From Pseudomonadota bacterium (GTDB lineage: Bacteria; Verrucomicrobiota; Verrucomicrobiia; Limisphaerales; SXTU01): 64,000 nucleotides of DNA. Under the pieces are notes generated by a model. It had not been told where the DNA came from. It did no database searches and saw only the letters and a list, made by a program, of their open reading frames with translations. Made by a program: the position numbers and the translations under genes. Shown piece after piece: positions 17,089 through 26,039 of the stretch (its first letter is position 1; each line of letters opens with the position of its first letter). The stretch is from the NCBI GenBank assembly GCA_009924135.1, contig RFSE01000010.1, forward strand, positions 63 through 64,062, read 5' to 3'.

Positions 17089-20025
17089 TCACGGTCCGAC
17101 CAGCACGCGGTAGTAGCGTTGGCTGTTGGTGGCATTGGCATCGACCACGATAAACGAACCGGCGGTGACGCTGTTGGTGATCAGGAACGTGGTCCAGAGT
17201 GGAGTGTTCAGGCTGTTCGCGTATTGCATGGTGAACGTGTAACCCGGGGCGTTGTTGCAGCTGAATTGAAACCGGAAAGCATCTGGTCGCGCGGGGCTGG
17301 TGATCACGAACGGTGGAATATTGGTCAAGTAGGCGACCACGGCGTAAAAGGCTGCGCCGCTGGGCCCGCCCCCAGTATTGGCGTCAGCCAGGATCAGCTC
17401 GTTGGTTCCGATCTTGAACCACGCGGCATTCGTGGCTGCGAACTGAGTGTCTCCAGTCTCCACGATCATGCCGGTGGTGCTGTTGCCGTTGAGCGAAGGC
17501 GAGATCGGGTTTCCGTTCAGAAACACCCGGCCAAGGTCGTCGACATTGGCCTTGCCGATCAAATTAGGGAATTGAAAGCCGGCGGGCAGGACGAACGTAA
17601 ACTTGAAGAAACCACTCTCCCCATCACCGGGCGGAAGGTTGACCACCAAAGTACCACTGGGAGCCCCACTTGGTACCGGGGTGTAACTGCCAAAGGAACC
17701 CACACTGACCGGTTGAAAAGTCAGCCCGGAGGTGTCGCCGGCATCCAACTGGTTCAGAATGATATTGGATGGTGCGCCAGGGCCCAGTACCGCGGCCAGG
17801 GTGGACGCATCGCTCTTTAGGGTTATGGTTTCGGTGCCGAAGGGGGAAATGGAGACCGATAGGAGACGGTCGGCAAAATTGGAAGCGTTGTCCATCGCCC
17901 GCACTGAAAAGTTGAACACTCCAGCGGTGGTGGGGAAACCTGAAAGGAATCCCGCCGTGGACAAGCCAAGCCCACCCGGCAACGGATCCGAACCGGGACT
18001 CAAGGACCAGCTATACGGGGTTGGCCCACCCGTGGCATTCAACTGGGTGCCATAAAGTACACTGATGTTTCCGTTGGGCAGCGCTGTCGTCGTAATTTGC
18101 ACGCCCCCTGAAGCCGGAGCGATGTACAACGCCAGGAGCTGGTTCGTGGAGTGGCCGTTGCCGTCCTCCAGATGCACCGTAAATTGAAACGTGCCGCTGC
18201 TGCTCGGGATGCCTTGAATTTGGTTTCCGGCCAGGCTCAGACCAGGTGGCATGTTCCCCGGGTCATTCACCGTCCAGATCAGATTGCCGGTGCAATCCGA
18301 GCCCTGCAGGAAATTACCGTAAATGGCGCCCACCCGTCCGTCCGGCAGGTTGGTGGTGGAGATTTGCACACCGTTACAGGGCAGGATGACGAAGTTCACC
18401 GTCGCGTTACGGTTGCTGATGCCGACATTCTGGCTGCCCGGCCATTCATAGGTACCGGCCCCGAGCAGGGTGTCCAAACTGTCGCTTCCGCCCCTGGTTT
18501 CCACTCCGACCGACCAGGCGCCATTGCCGATGTTGAGCGAGTAGTTCCCATTGGCATCGGTATCTACATACTGGAAGAAATTCACGCCGTTGATCGTTGC
18601 GCTGGCCCACACGCCGACCCCAATCATGTTGGTGCCGTAGGCCTGGAGGTTGCCGGTGATCTGATTGGTCGCCAGCAGACCGGTGAAATTGATTAACGTC
18701 GCCGTGCCGGCGGCGACATTGGTGCCGTTGCTGTTCGGCCCGAAATTCGGCCGCGAAAAGACGTAGTTGGCAAAACCGCCGTCAGGGCTGATGCCTATTC
18801 CCCAAGGGTCATTGACTCCCAGACCGCCCAGCACGGCAGTGACGTAACCGCCACCGTTACGGGAATAACCGTCCGCTTGGTACAATTGATTGTTCTGGTC
18901 GTTGGCATAAACATCAATTCCTGCCAGGGGATTTCCCTGGGTGTCCTGCACGCTGCCATAGAACAAGGCCGTGGCTTTCGGTACGGGGACGAGGACGCCC
19001 GACGCCCCGGCATTGGCCGTAATGCCATTATCCAGCCCGACGTAACCATGGACATTGAGCGAGCCACCATCGCCGTTCATACTCCACCGGCCCGGTTGCA
19101 CCCCCACGGAAAAATTTCCGTTCGTGTCGGTAAACGCCACGGCGATGGAGCCGTCGCTGGCCATAGCAGGCACCAGAATGCCCGGCAGACCAGCGCTGGA
19201 GTTAATAGCATCCACCACCTTGCCCGAGATGACCGCCGTGGCATTCGTTACCGTCAGGTTCGTGACGACCGCTGCTCCGCTGCCCAGAGTGACCACTGGT
19301 GCGGCCGAAAAGCTCGACACGCAATTGCTGCCGAAGGCCAGGACCATGTAAGTACCCGGCGGCGCTGGAATCGTGTAACCACCTGAGTTATTAGCCACGG
19401 CACCCGCCAAGGGCTGACCGCTTGGCCCGCCTTTTCCCGGGCGCGGAGGCGGGAACAACAGGACCAGGGCATTGGGCACCGGGGTGCTGGTGCCATTACT
19501 GACAACGTTGCCGGCAAGCGTCTGCGCATAGGGGACATTGGCGACGGTGAACAGATTGGTGAGGGGTGAAAAATTTCCCGCCGGACTGGATAGTTTGTAC
19601 AAATAATTGGCGCCTATGTTCTGCATGAAATCGCCGGTGATGAAACCCAACTTCGCGGTGATTTGCCCCACCGTCGGATCCGTGTCGCCGGGCACATTGA
19701 GGTTGGTCACGCCGGCAATCACCATGCCCCCCTGCCCGTCCGTGAGACTAAACTGCTGCACCATCCAATCGCCGGCGTCGATGAATCCGTTATTGTTCAT
19801 ATCCAGGTATTTCTGCACCAGGACCGTATCGCCGGTAGCCAGGCCGGTGATCTGGAGTGTGAGGCTGCGGTTGTAGGTGTTGCTCACGGTGCCGGGCGTG
19901 ACGGAAAATACGACGGCACCCCGTGCCACCGTCCCCATCAGCGCAAGCCAGATGATCAGGAAGAGGATACCGTGGCAGGTGCACCGCCAAGGCGTCGTAG
20001 CAGGTGATAGTTTGGTTGTTTTCAT
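17089..20025 (-). CDS. Large secreted surface protein with carboxypeptidase-regulatory-like and 'putative Ig' domains
   Basis: 978 aa with an N-terminal signal/anchor (ILFLIIWLALMGTVARG). CarboxypepD_reg-like segments (ISGKVVDA...TDTNGNFSV, FYGSVQDTQGNPLAGIDVYA). Two He_PIG-type Ig repeats (...LPDGRVGAIYG...PPGLSLAGNQIQGIPSSSGTFQFTV; ...LPNGNISVLYG...LPGGLGLSTAGFLSGFPTTAGVFNFSV). C-terminal beta-sandwich ending ...QRYYRVLVGP. Confidence 0.85.
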   Translation of the reverse strand: MKTTKLSPATTPWRCTCHGILFLIIWLALMGTVARGAVVFSVTPGTVSNTYNRSLTLQITGLATGDTVLVQKYLDMNNNGFIDAGDWMVQQFSLTDGQGGMVIAGVTNLNVPGDTDPTVGQITAKLGFITGDFMQNIGANYLYKLSSPAGNFSPLTNLFTVANVPYAQTLAGNVVSNGTSTPVPNALVLLFPPPRPGKGGPSGQPLAGAVANNSGGYTIPAPPGTYMVLAFGSNCVSSFSAAPVVTLGSGAAVVTNLTVTNATAVISGKVVDAINSSAGLPGILVPAMASDGSIAVAFTDTNGNFSVGVQPGRWSMNGDGGSLNVHGYVGLDNGITANAGASGVLVPVPKATALFYGSVQDTQGNPLAGIDVYANDQNNQLYQADGYSRNGGGYVTAVLGGLGVNDPWGIGISPDGGFANYVFSRPNFGPNSNGTNVAAGTATLINFTGLLATNQITGNLQAYGTNMIGVGVWASATINGVNFFQYVDTDANGNYSLNIGNGAWSVGVETRGGSDSLDTLLGAGTYEWPGSQNVGISNRNATVNFVILPCNGVQISTTNLPDGRVGAIYGNFLQGSDCTGNLIWTVNDPGNMPPGLSLAGNQIQGIPSSSGTFQFTVHLEDGNGHSTNQLLALYIAPASGGVQITTTALPNGNISVLYGTQLNATGGPTPYSWSLSPGSDPLPGGLGLSTAGFLSGFPTTAGVFNFSVRAMDNASNFADRLLSVSISPFGTETITLKSDASTLAAVLGPGAPSNIILNQLDAGDTSGLTFQPVSVGSFGSYTPVPSGAPSGTLVVNLPPGDGESGFFKFTFVLPAGFQFPNLIGKANVDDLGRVFLNGNPISPSLNGNSTTGMIVETGDTQFAATNAAWFKIGTNELILADANTGGGPSGAAFYAVVAYLTNIPPFVITSPARPDAFRFQFSCNNAPGYTFTMQYANSLNTPLWTTFLITNSVTAGSFIVVDANATNSQRYYRVLVGP

Positions 20026-20076
20026 AAGTTGGAAGGGGATTGATTGTTGTCGGAGGGAGAGTGTCTTTGCTTCGTG

Positions 20077-20364
20077 TTACCACCCGGCAGACAGGGCCGC
20101 CGTGAGTGTTGGCGCCTCAGCTCGCGCCTCGTTTAACTGCATGCGCCGCCGGAGGGTGCGTTTGGCGGGTAGCCATGACTGCGACAGTCCCTCGGTCATC
20201 GCCTCCGCGTGGGCGGGCCGAATCATGGAATCCAGTTCCACGATTAGGAAGCCGTCCTCGTAACTTGCCTCCGCCGTGGCGCACAACTCCCAGCCGCCGC
20301 GGCTGCTCTGGGCGGCCATGACCATCTCCTGCAGGGTGAAGAGCTTCTGCCGACTTTGCGACAT
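20077..20364 (-). CDS. Hypothetical small protein (95 aa) upstream of the large surface protein
   Basis: ATG 20364 (MSQSRQKLFTLQEMVMAAQSS...). By my codon reading the third positions are strongly G/C-biased, like genuine genes here. No recognisable domain. Confidence 0.35.
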   Translation of the reverse strand: MSQSRQKLFTLQEMVMAAQSSRGGWELCATAEASYEDGFLIVELDSMIRPAHAEAMTEGLSQSWLPAKRTLRRRMQLNEARAEAPTLTAALSAGW

Positions 20365-20643
20365 GGGACAGGCTGCCACCCGTGATTGAGGGTTGCTTCG
20401 TCTAACTTGTCTGAATCCAACCCTGCGCTGGCGACTGTTCACTTGGAGGGGAAACGGAAGCTTGCAGCCAGTTGTAGCCGGCATGGGTAAAGCCATGTCA
20501 GGCCATTCTTGAGACGCCACCGGAATAGGTCCGCCTGTGCCCAAGGATGCGTGCGGTTGCAGGAGATGCTGCAAGGTCACTGGACGCCCGCATGACCGCT
20601 TGCCGAGCATGATTTTGACGGGCTACGCTGAAGCCAGTTCACT

Positions 20644-22143
20644 ATGCCACGCATTTTAATCGCCGAGTGCAAACAGGAAGTCTCGACGTTCAACCCGGTG
20701 TTGAGCGGCTACGAGGATTTTACGATCCGCCACGGGCAGGAGATTTTGAATTACCACCGGTGCGTGCGCAGCGAGGTGGGTGGGGCGCTGAGCGTGTTCG
20801 ATGCGACCGCCGGCGTGGAACTGGTGCCGACGTGCAGCGCGCACTTCATTACCTCGGGCGGCACGCTGGCGGATGCGGCGTTCGCCCGGATCGCGGGCGA
20901 ATTGCTCGCGAGCATCAAGGCGGCTCCGCCGGTGGATGGCATTTACTTTTCCCTGCATGGGGCGATGGCGACGGAGAGCGAGAGCGATCCCGAAGGTTAC
21001 CTGCTCGCGGAGACGCGGAAGATCGTCGGCGAGCACGTGCCCATCGTCATCTCACTGGACCTGCACGGCATTCTGACCGACCGGATGCTGGAGCACAGTG
21101 ATGCAGCGGTGGCCTTTCACACGTATCCGCACGTGGACTTTTTCGGCACGGGCGAGCGCTCGGCGAAGTTGCTGCTGCGCATCTTGGCGGGTGAGGTGAA
21201 ACCCGTGACGGCCAAGGTCACGGTGCCCGCGCTCGTGCGGGGCGATGAACTCATCACCGAGACCGGCTCCATCCGCCACGCGGTGAATGCGGCCAAAGCA
21301 ATCGAGCAAAGTCCCGGCGGACTCTCGGCGGCGATGATGTGGGGTAATCCCTTCACCGACGTGCCGGCGCTTGCTTCGAACAGTTTCGTGGTGACCGACA
21401 ACGACCCCGCCCGGGCCGAGCGCGAAGCGCTGCGCATCGCGAATCTGTTCTGGGAGCATCACCAAAAAATGCAGGTGCCGCTGACCCGTCTCGCGGACGC
21501 GGCGCGCATCACGAAGGAGAACACCTCCGGCACCGTGGTGTTGGTGGATGCGGCGGACGCGACGAGTTCCGGCGCGTCGGGCGACAGTAATGCCGTTCTG
21601 CGCGCGTTGCTTGACGCGGGTTATCAGGGCACGGCACTCATTCCCATCGTGGACCCGGATGCGGTGGCGGCAGCGTTCACTGCTGGGATTGGAAATGCCG
21701 TGAAGACAACGGTCGGTGGCGCGCTCGATCATGGACGGTTCACGCCATTGGCCATTGAGGGCAAAGTGCGGATGCTGTCCGATGGCTGGTTTCACAGCGA
21801 GACGACGCGTGAGTTGTGGCAGGCGGGCAAAACGGCGGTGGTGCAGGTCGGAGGGTTTACACTTTTCCTGACGAGCCGCGCCGTGAGCCTCTATGACCGC
21901 GCGCTGTTCTTGGCGCATGGCCACGATCCGAAGCATTTCGGCGCAGTGGTGGTGAAGTCACCGCACTGCGAACCGCACATGTTCAAGACCTGGGCGGCGC
22001 GTTACGTGGATGTGGACGCTCCCGGTTCCACCAGCGCCAACCTCCGCAGCCTCGGCCACACGAAGTGCGCGCGACCGATGTTTCCCCTCGATGCGAAGGT
22101 CGATTTTGTGCCGACCGCGAAATTGTTCCGCCGGGCGCGGTGA
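20644..22143 (+). CDS. M81-family metallopeptidase (MlrC-like)
   Basis: N-terminus MPRILIAECKQEVSTFNPV. LHGAM...DPEG and SLDLHG blocks. Length of about 500 aa is typical of MlrC-like proteins. Confidence 0.85.
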   Translation: MPRILIAECKQEVSTFNPVLSGYEDFTIRHGQEILNYHRCVRSEVGGALSVFDATAGVELVPTCSAHFITSGGTLADAAFARIAGELLASIKAAPPVDGIYFSLHGAMATESESDPEGYLLAETRKIVGEHVPIVISLDLHGILTDRMLEHSDAAVAFHTYPHVDFFGTGERSAKLLLRILAGEVKPVTAKVTVPALVRGDELITETGSIRHAVNAAKAIEQSPGGLSAAMMWGNPFTDVPALASNSFVVTDNDPARAEREALRIANLFWEHHQKMQVPLTRLADAARITKENTSGTVVLVDAADATSSGASGDSNAVLRALLDAGYQGTALIPIVDPDAVAAAFTAGIGNAVKTTVGGALDHGRFTPLAIEGKVRMLSDGWFHSETTRELWQAGKTAVVQVGGFTLFLTSRAVSLYDRALFLAHGHDPKHFGAVVVKSPHCEPHMFKTWAARYVDVDAPGSTSANLRSLGHTKCARPMFPLDAKVDFVPTAKLFRRAR

Positions 22144-22152
22144 GCTGCGCGG

Positions 22153-24591
22153 CTACCGGCCCGCCTCGGCGAGGTCCTTGCCGCGTCGCAGGCTGAAGGG
22201 GTCGCTCTGCACGATGGCGGTGACGAGGGCGGAGAACTTGTAATCCTGTTTCGCGGTGGTCGTGGTGATCTGGCGGAGGGCGCGGCTGTCGTAGTATTCC
22301 AGGCCGCGCCCCAGCGCGTAGGTCAGCAACTGCTCGGTGAGGTTGCGGGTGAAGAGGTCTTTCTTGTCCTTGAGCAGGGCCTTGAGTTCGCCGGGGCCGT
22401 TGAAGGCCCGGCCATCGGGCAGTTTGCCGGAGGCGTCAATCGCGTCCTCGCCGTCCTTCGTGCGCCAGCCTCCGATTGCGTCATAGTTCTCGAGTGCAAA
22501 ACCCAGGGCATCCATCTGCGCATGGCAACTGGCACAGGCGGGGTTGGTGCGGTGCTGTTCCATTCGTTGGCGAAGGCTGCCGGTGAGCTTTTTCTGGCTG
22601 TCCAGTTCAGGCACGTTGGGCGGTGGTGGTGGTGGCGGGGTACCGAGGAGCTGTTGCAGCACCCAACGGCCCCGTTTTACGGGCGAGGTGCGGGTGGGGT
22701 TGGAGGTGACCGTGAGGATGCTGGCTTGCGAGAGCAGACCGCCGCGTTCGTTCGCGGACAGGTTGATGCGCGTAAAGGTGTCGCGCGCGAAGGGCTTGCC
22801 ACCGGGGCGCTTGGACTTGGCGGTTGTCCCCGGGCGGTTGCCGAGGGTGTCCGTGATGCCGTAGTGCCGGGCGAGAGTGTCGTTCAAGTAGGTGTAGTCG
22901 GCGTCGATCAGGTCGAGCACGCTGCGGTCCTCGCGGATGATTTCGCCGAAGAACAACTCCGTCTCGCGGAGCATCGCGCGCCGCAGGTTGTCGTTGAAAG
23001 CGGGGAAGAGCTTCGTGTCCGGCGCGAAGGTCTGGAGCCGCTTCAATTGCAGCCATTGCATCGCGAAATTGTCCACCAGGGCGGCGGCCTTTGGGTCCTT
23101 GAGCATGCGCTGGACCTGTGCACCGAGCTGCGCGGTGAGCTGGCGTTTCTCAGCGAGGGCGAACAGTTCGGCATCCGGCATCGTGCTCCAGAGGAAATAA
23201 CTGAGGCGGGAGGCCAGTTGGAATTCCTCGAGCGGATGCGGCTGTTTCGCGTCGGGGCGGTCGTCGAGTTCGATGCGAAAGAGGAACTTCGGCGAGCACA
23301 GAATGGCGGCGATGGCGCGCTGGAGGCCGGCTTCCCAAGCGCGTCCGCCGGCGACCGTTTCCTCGACAAGCTGGGTGTGGGTGGCGATTTCCTTCGCGGT
23401 CGCGGGGCGGCGGTAGGCGCGGGTCAGGAGGCTGGTGAGGACTTCGCGGGTTTGCTGGGCTTGGGGTTTGCCTTCGAGACCGGCGAGGAGCTTCAACTGC
23501 GAGGTTGGGCGCGTTTCCAAGGGACCTTCGCTCCAGATGTTTTCGATGAAGAGTTTGGCGGGTTCCTCCCCACCGTCGGGTTTGAGCACGGCGATGCCAG
23601 CGCGGGTGATGCCGTCCACATGGTGCAGGGCGAACTCGATGGTCTGGGGCTTGGCGGCGGTGCGGGCGGTGATCTCGTATGTCTTCAGAATCTTCAACGG
23701 CTTCATCGCGGTCACGCCCGCCCCGGCAAGCTGGGCGATTTCCGCATCCGTCGAGGTCTCCGTGAGCTTGGCTCCCTGGAGGAAGAGGACCACTTTCACC
23801 GGAGCGGTGCCGCGTGGCTCCGCATAAACCGTGGCGCGGAGGAAGAGGTCGGCATCGCCGGTGAGCTTCAGATAGTCGCCGCCGGCGGCGAACGGTCCGG
23901 ACTTCACGGCTTCCGGGGCGACGGGGTCCAGCAGGCGAAAACGGTCCTGCGGGGTCTGGGCGTTGTTGGGCTGGAGATAGCGGCCCGAGAGGTAGCGGAC
24001 GCCGGGCTTGGCTGGTTTTTCGACGAGCACCCGCTGGGCAATGGTCTCGGCGGCGTCGAGGTAGCGCTCCATCAGCAACGGCGAGAGCGTGAGCACGTCG
24101 GCAATGTTGTCGAACCCGTGGCCGATGTCGTCGGCGGGGAAGTTCTCGGTGGGGTTGAAGTCCACGAACAGCAGGTCGCGGACGGTGTTGTGGTATTCGG
24201 TGCGGTTGAGGCGGCGGGCAGTAACGCGGCCCGGGTCCGGTTTCATCGTGGCCTCGGCGCGCTCGAAGGCGGATTCGATGGCGTGGGTGAACTGTTCGAT
24301 CTCCGCCAGCGTAGGGCGCGGCAATTTCGGGGGCGGCATTTCCCCCGCGCTGACCTGTTGCAGGACGTTGAGCCAGACCTTGCGGTTCTTGAGGATGGCT
24401 TCGTCGGCCCGGTCGAGCTTGACCAGGTTGAGGTCGGCCTTGGTGGACTTGCCGCCATGGCATTCGCGGCAATGCTTGTCGAGGAACGGAGCGGCCTGCT
24501 TCAGGAAATCGGTGTGCGCGCCGGCGGCGGCTCCGGCAGCCGGGCAGAGGGCCAGCAAGGCTGCTGTGAGAAGTGAGAGGTGCTTCCGCAT
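22153..24591 (-). CDS. DUF1592/DUF1588/DUF1587/DUF1585/DUF1595-family protein with N- and C-terminal CxxCH motifs
   Basis: Signal peptide MRKHLSLLTAALLALCPAAGAAAG. HCRECHGG near the N-terminus. CASCHAQMDALGFALENYDAIGGWR near the C-terminus. This is the typical planctomycete/verrucomicrobial architecture. Confidence 0.9.
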   Translation of the reverse strand: MRKHLSLLTAALLALCPAAGAAAGAHTDFLKQAAPFLDKHCRECHGGKSTKADLNLVKLDRADEAILKNRKVWLNVLQQVSAGEMPPPKLPRPTLAEIEQFTHAIESAFERAEATMKPDPGRVTARRLNRTEYHNTVRDLLFVDFNPTENFPADDIGHGFDNIADVLTLSPLLMERYLDAAETIAQRVLVEKPAKPGVRYLSGRYLQPNNAQTPQDRFRLLDPVAPEAVKSGPFAAGGDYLKLTGDADLFLRATVYAEPRGTAPVKVVLFLQGAKLTETSTDAEIAQLAGAGVTAMKPLKILKTYEITARTAAKPQTIEFALHHVDGITRAGIAVLKPDGGEEPAKLFIENIWSEGPLETRPTSQLKLLAGLEGKPQAQQTREVLTSLLTRAYRRPATAKEIATHTQLVEETVAGGRAWEAGLQRAIAAILCSPKFLFRIELDDRPDAKQPHPLEEFQLASRLSYFLWSTMPDAELFALAEKRQLTAQLGAQVQRMLKDPKAAALVDNFAMQWLQLKRLQTFAPDTKLFPAFNDNLRRAMLRETELFFGEIIREDRSVLDLIDADYTYLNDTLARHYGITDTLGNRPGTTAKSKRPGGKPFARDTFTRINLSANERGGLLSQASILTVTSNPTRTSPVKRGRWVLQQLLGTPPPPPPPNVPELDSQKKLTGSLRQRMEQHRTNPACASCHAQMDALGFALENYDAIGGWRTKDGEDAIDASGKLPDGRAFNGPGELKALLKDKKDLFTRNLTEQLLTYALGRGLEYYDSRALRQITTTTAKQDYKFSALVTAIVQSDPFSLRRGKDLAEAGR

Positions 24592-24779
24592 GGCGGGACT
24601 GAAAGAGGTGGTTAGCGAGGACCGGATGATCATGGGCGAGTCGAGTGACTGGCGCGTTGCAGGGGGTATTCACAGCCGGGTGCGGCAAGAGGCGGTGCAA
24701 ACTGAAACTTTTCAGTGTTCAGCAAGGCGTTTTCGGTTTTCAGTTCTCCCCAGACACACTGAAAACCGACTACTAAAAC

Positions 24780-25913
24780 ATGAAGATTCGCGAAATCCGT
24801 TGTGCCGGCCTGCGCGGTGCCACTCCTGAAGGCGGCTGGAGCAATGAGCTGCGTCCCGAAGATTGCGTTCACACGCTCATCGCTGTGCATACCGACGAGG
24901 GCGCGGTGGGCCTGGGCAGCGTGTTTACCAACGACGCCCTTGTGCGCGCGGCGCTCGCGGTGCTGGAGCCGCTCTATCGGGGCGAGAATGCCCTGGAGCC
25001 GGAACGGGTTAGTGAAAAGCTCAGCCAGCACATGTTCTGGCTCGGACGCGGCGGCTCCATCACGCACGCCATCAGTGGGGTGGACATTGCGTTGTGGGAC
25101 TTGCTCGGGCAGGCCACGGGGCAGCCGGTCGGACGACTGCTCGGCGGACGTTATCGCGAGCGCGTGCAGCCGTACGCGTCGCTGCTGATGGATGAACCGG
25201 AGAAGCTGCGCGACCACCTGTTGCGGGTTAAGGCACAGGGTTTTCGTGCGTTCAAGATCGGCTGGGGCCCGTTTGGCCGGCGCAACGCGGCGACCGACGA
25301 GGCCATTGTCCGCGCGGCCCGGGAGGCGGTCGGTCCGGAGAACAAGCTGATGGTGGATGCCGGCGGCAGCGACGCCTATTGGAACAACGGTTACAAGTGG
25401 GCGCTCAACACCGCCAAGATGCTCGCGGACTACGATGTGTTTTGGTTCGAGGAAGCGCTGGTGCCTGACGCACTCGAGGATTTTGCGAAGCTGCGCGAGC
25501 ATTCACCCGTTCCGATTTCGGGCGGCGAGGTGCTCACCCGGCGGCAGGCCTTCCAGCCGTTTCTCGAAGCACGGGCTTTCGACATCATCCAGCCCGATGT
25601 GACCAAGGTCGGCGGCATCAGCGAGGAACGGCGCATAGCCTGGATGGCGCAGGAACATGGCGTGCGGTTCATCCCGCACGGGTGGAACACGGCGGTCGGA
25701 CTGGCGGCGGACCTGCATCTGGCGTCGGCCTTTCCGGGCACTGACATCATTGAGTATCTGACCGGTTCGCCGTTTATCGATGAGATTACGGCGGGGGGTT
25801 GGCACCTTGATGCGGACGGGATGTTGCCCATTCCGACGAAGCCGGGCCTTGGTCTCACGCTGGATCGCGATGCCCTGAAGAAATACACGCGTGGCGAGAA
25901 CCTGCTGGATTAA
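24780..25913 (+). CDS. Enolase-superfamily enzyme (mandelate racemase/muconate lactonizing family, probable sugar-acid dehydratase)
   Basis: ISGVDIALWDLLGQATGQPVGRLLGG, FKIGWG, metal ligands in MVDAGG / WFEEA / IQPD, and IPHGW. Confidence 0.9.
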   Translation: MKIREIRCAGLRGATPEGGWSNELRPEDCVHTLIAVHTDEGAVGLGSVFTNDALVRAALAVLEPLYRGENALEPERVSEKLSQHMFWLGRGGSITHAISGVDIALWDLLGQATGQPVGRLLGGRYRERVQPYASLLMDEPEKLRDHLLRVKAQGFRAFKIGWGPFGRRNAATDEAIVRAAREAVGPENKLMVDAGGSDAYWNNGYKWALNTAKMLADYDVFWFEEALVPDALEDFAKLREHSPVPISGGEVLTRRQAFQPFLEARAFDIIQPDVTKVGGISEERRIAWMAQEHGVRFIPHGWNTAVGLAADLHLASAFPGTDIIEYLTGSPFIDEITAGGWHLDADGMLPIPTKPGLGLTLDRDALKKYTRGENLLD

Positions 25914-26039
25914 TGGCCCTGCGGGTGTCGCCACTTTGCACTTTGCACTTTCAGGGTTCCCTTACATGCTTCGTACACCGTCGTACCCGTGGGCAGCGGA
26001 AGCCGCACCGGTCCGCAAACCAACCATGATGGCCGCAGC

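Noticed and set aside
22522-24700. 684-aa plus-strand ORF and 516-aa minus-strand alternative-frame ORF overlapping the DUF1592-family gene.
   Set aside because: These are typical shadow ORFs of a GC-rich gene, with Gly/Arg/Pro/Ala-rich, motif-free products. The chosen frame carries unmistakable family motifs.
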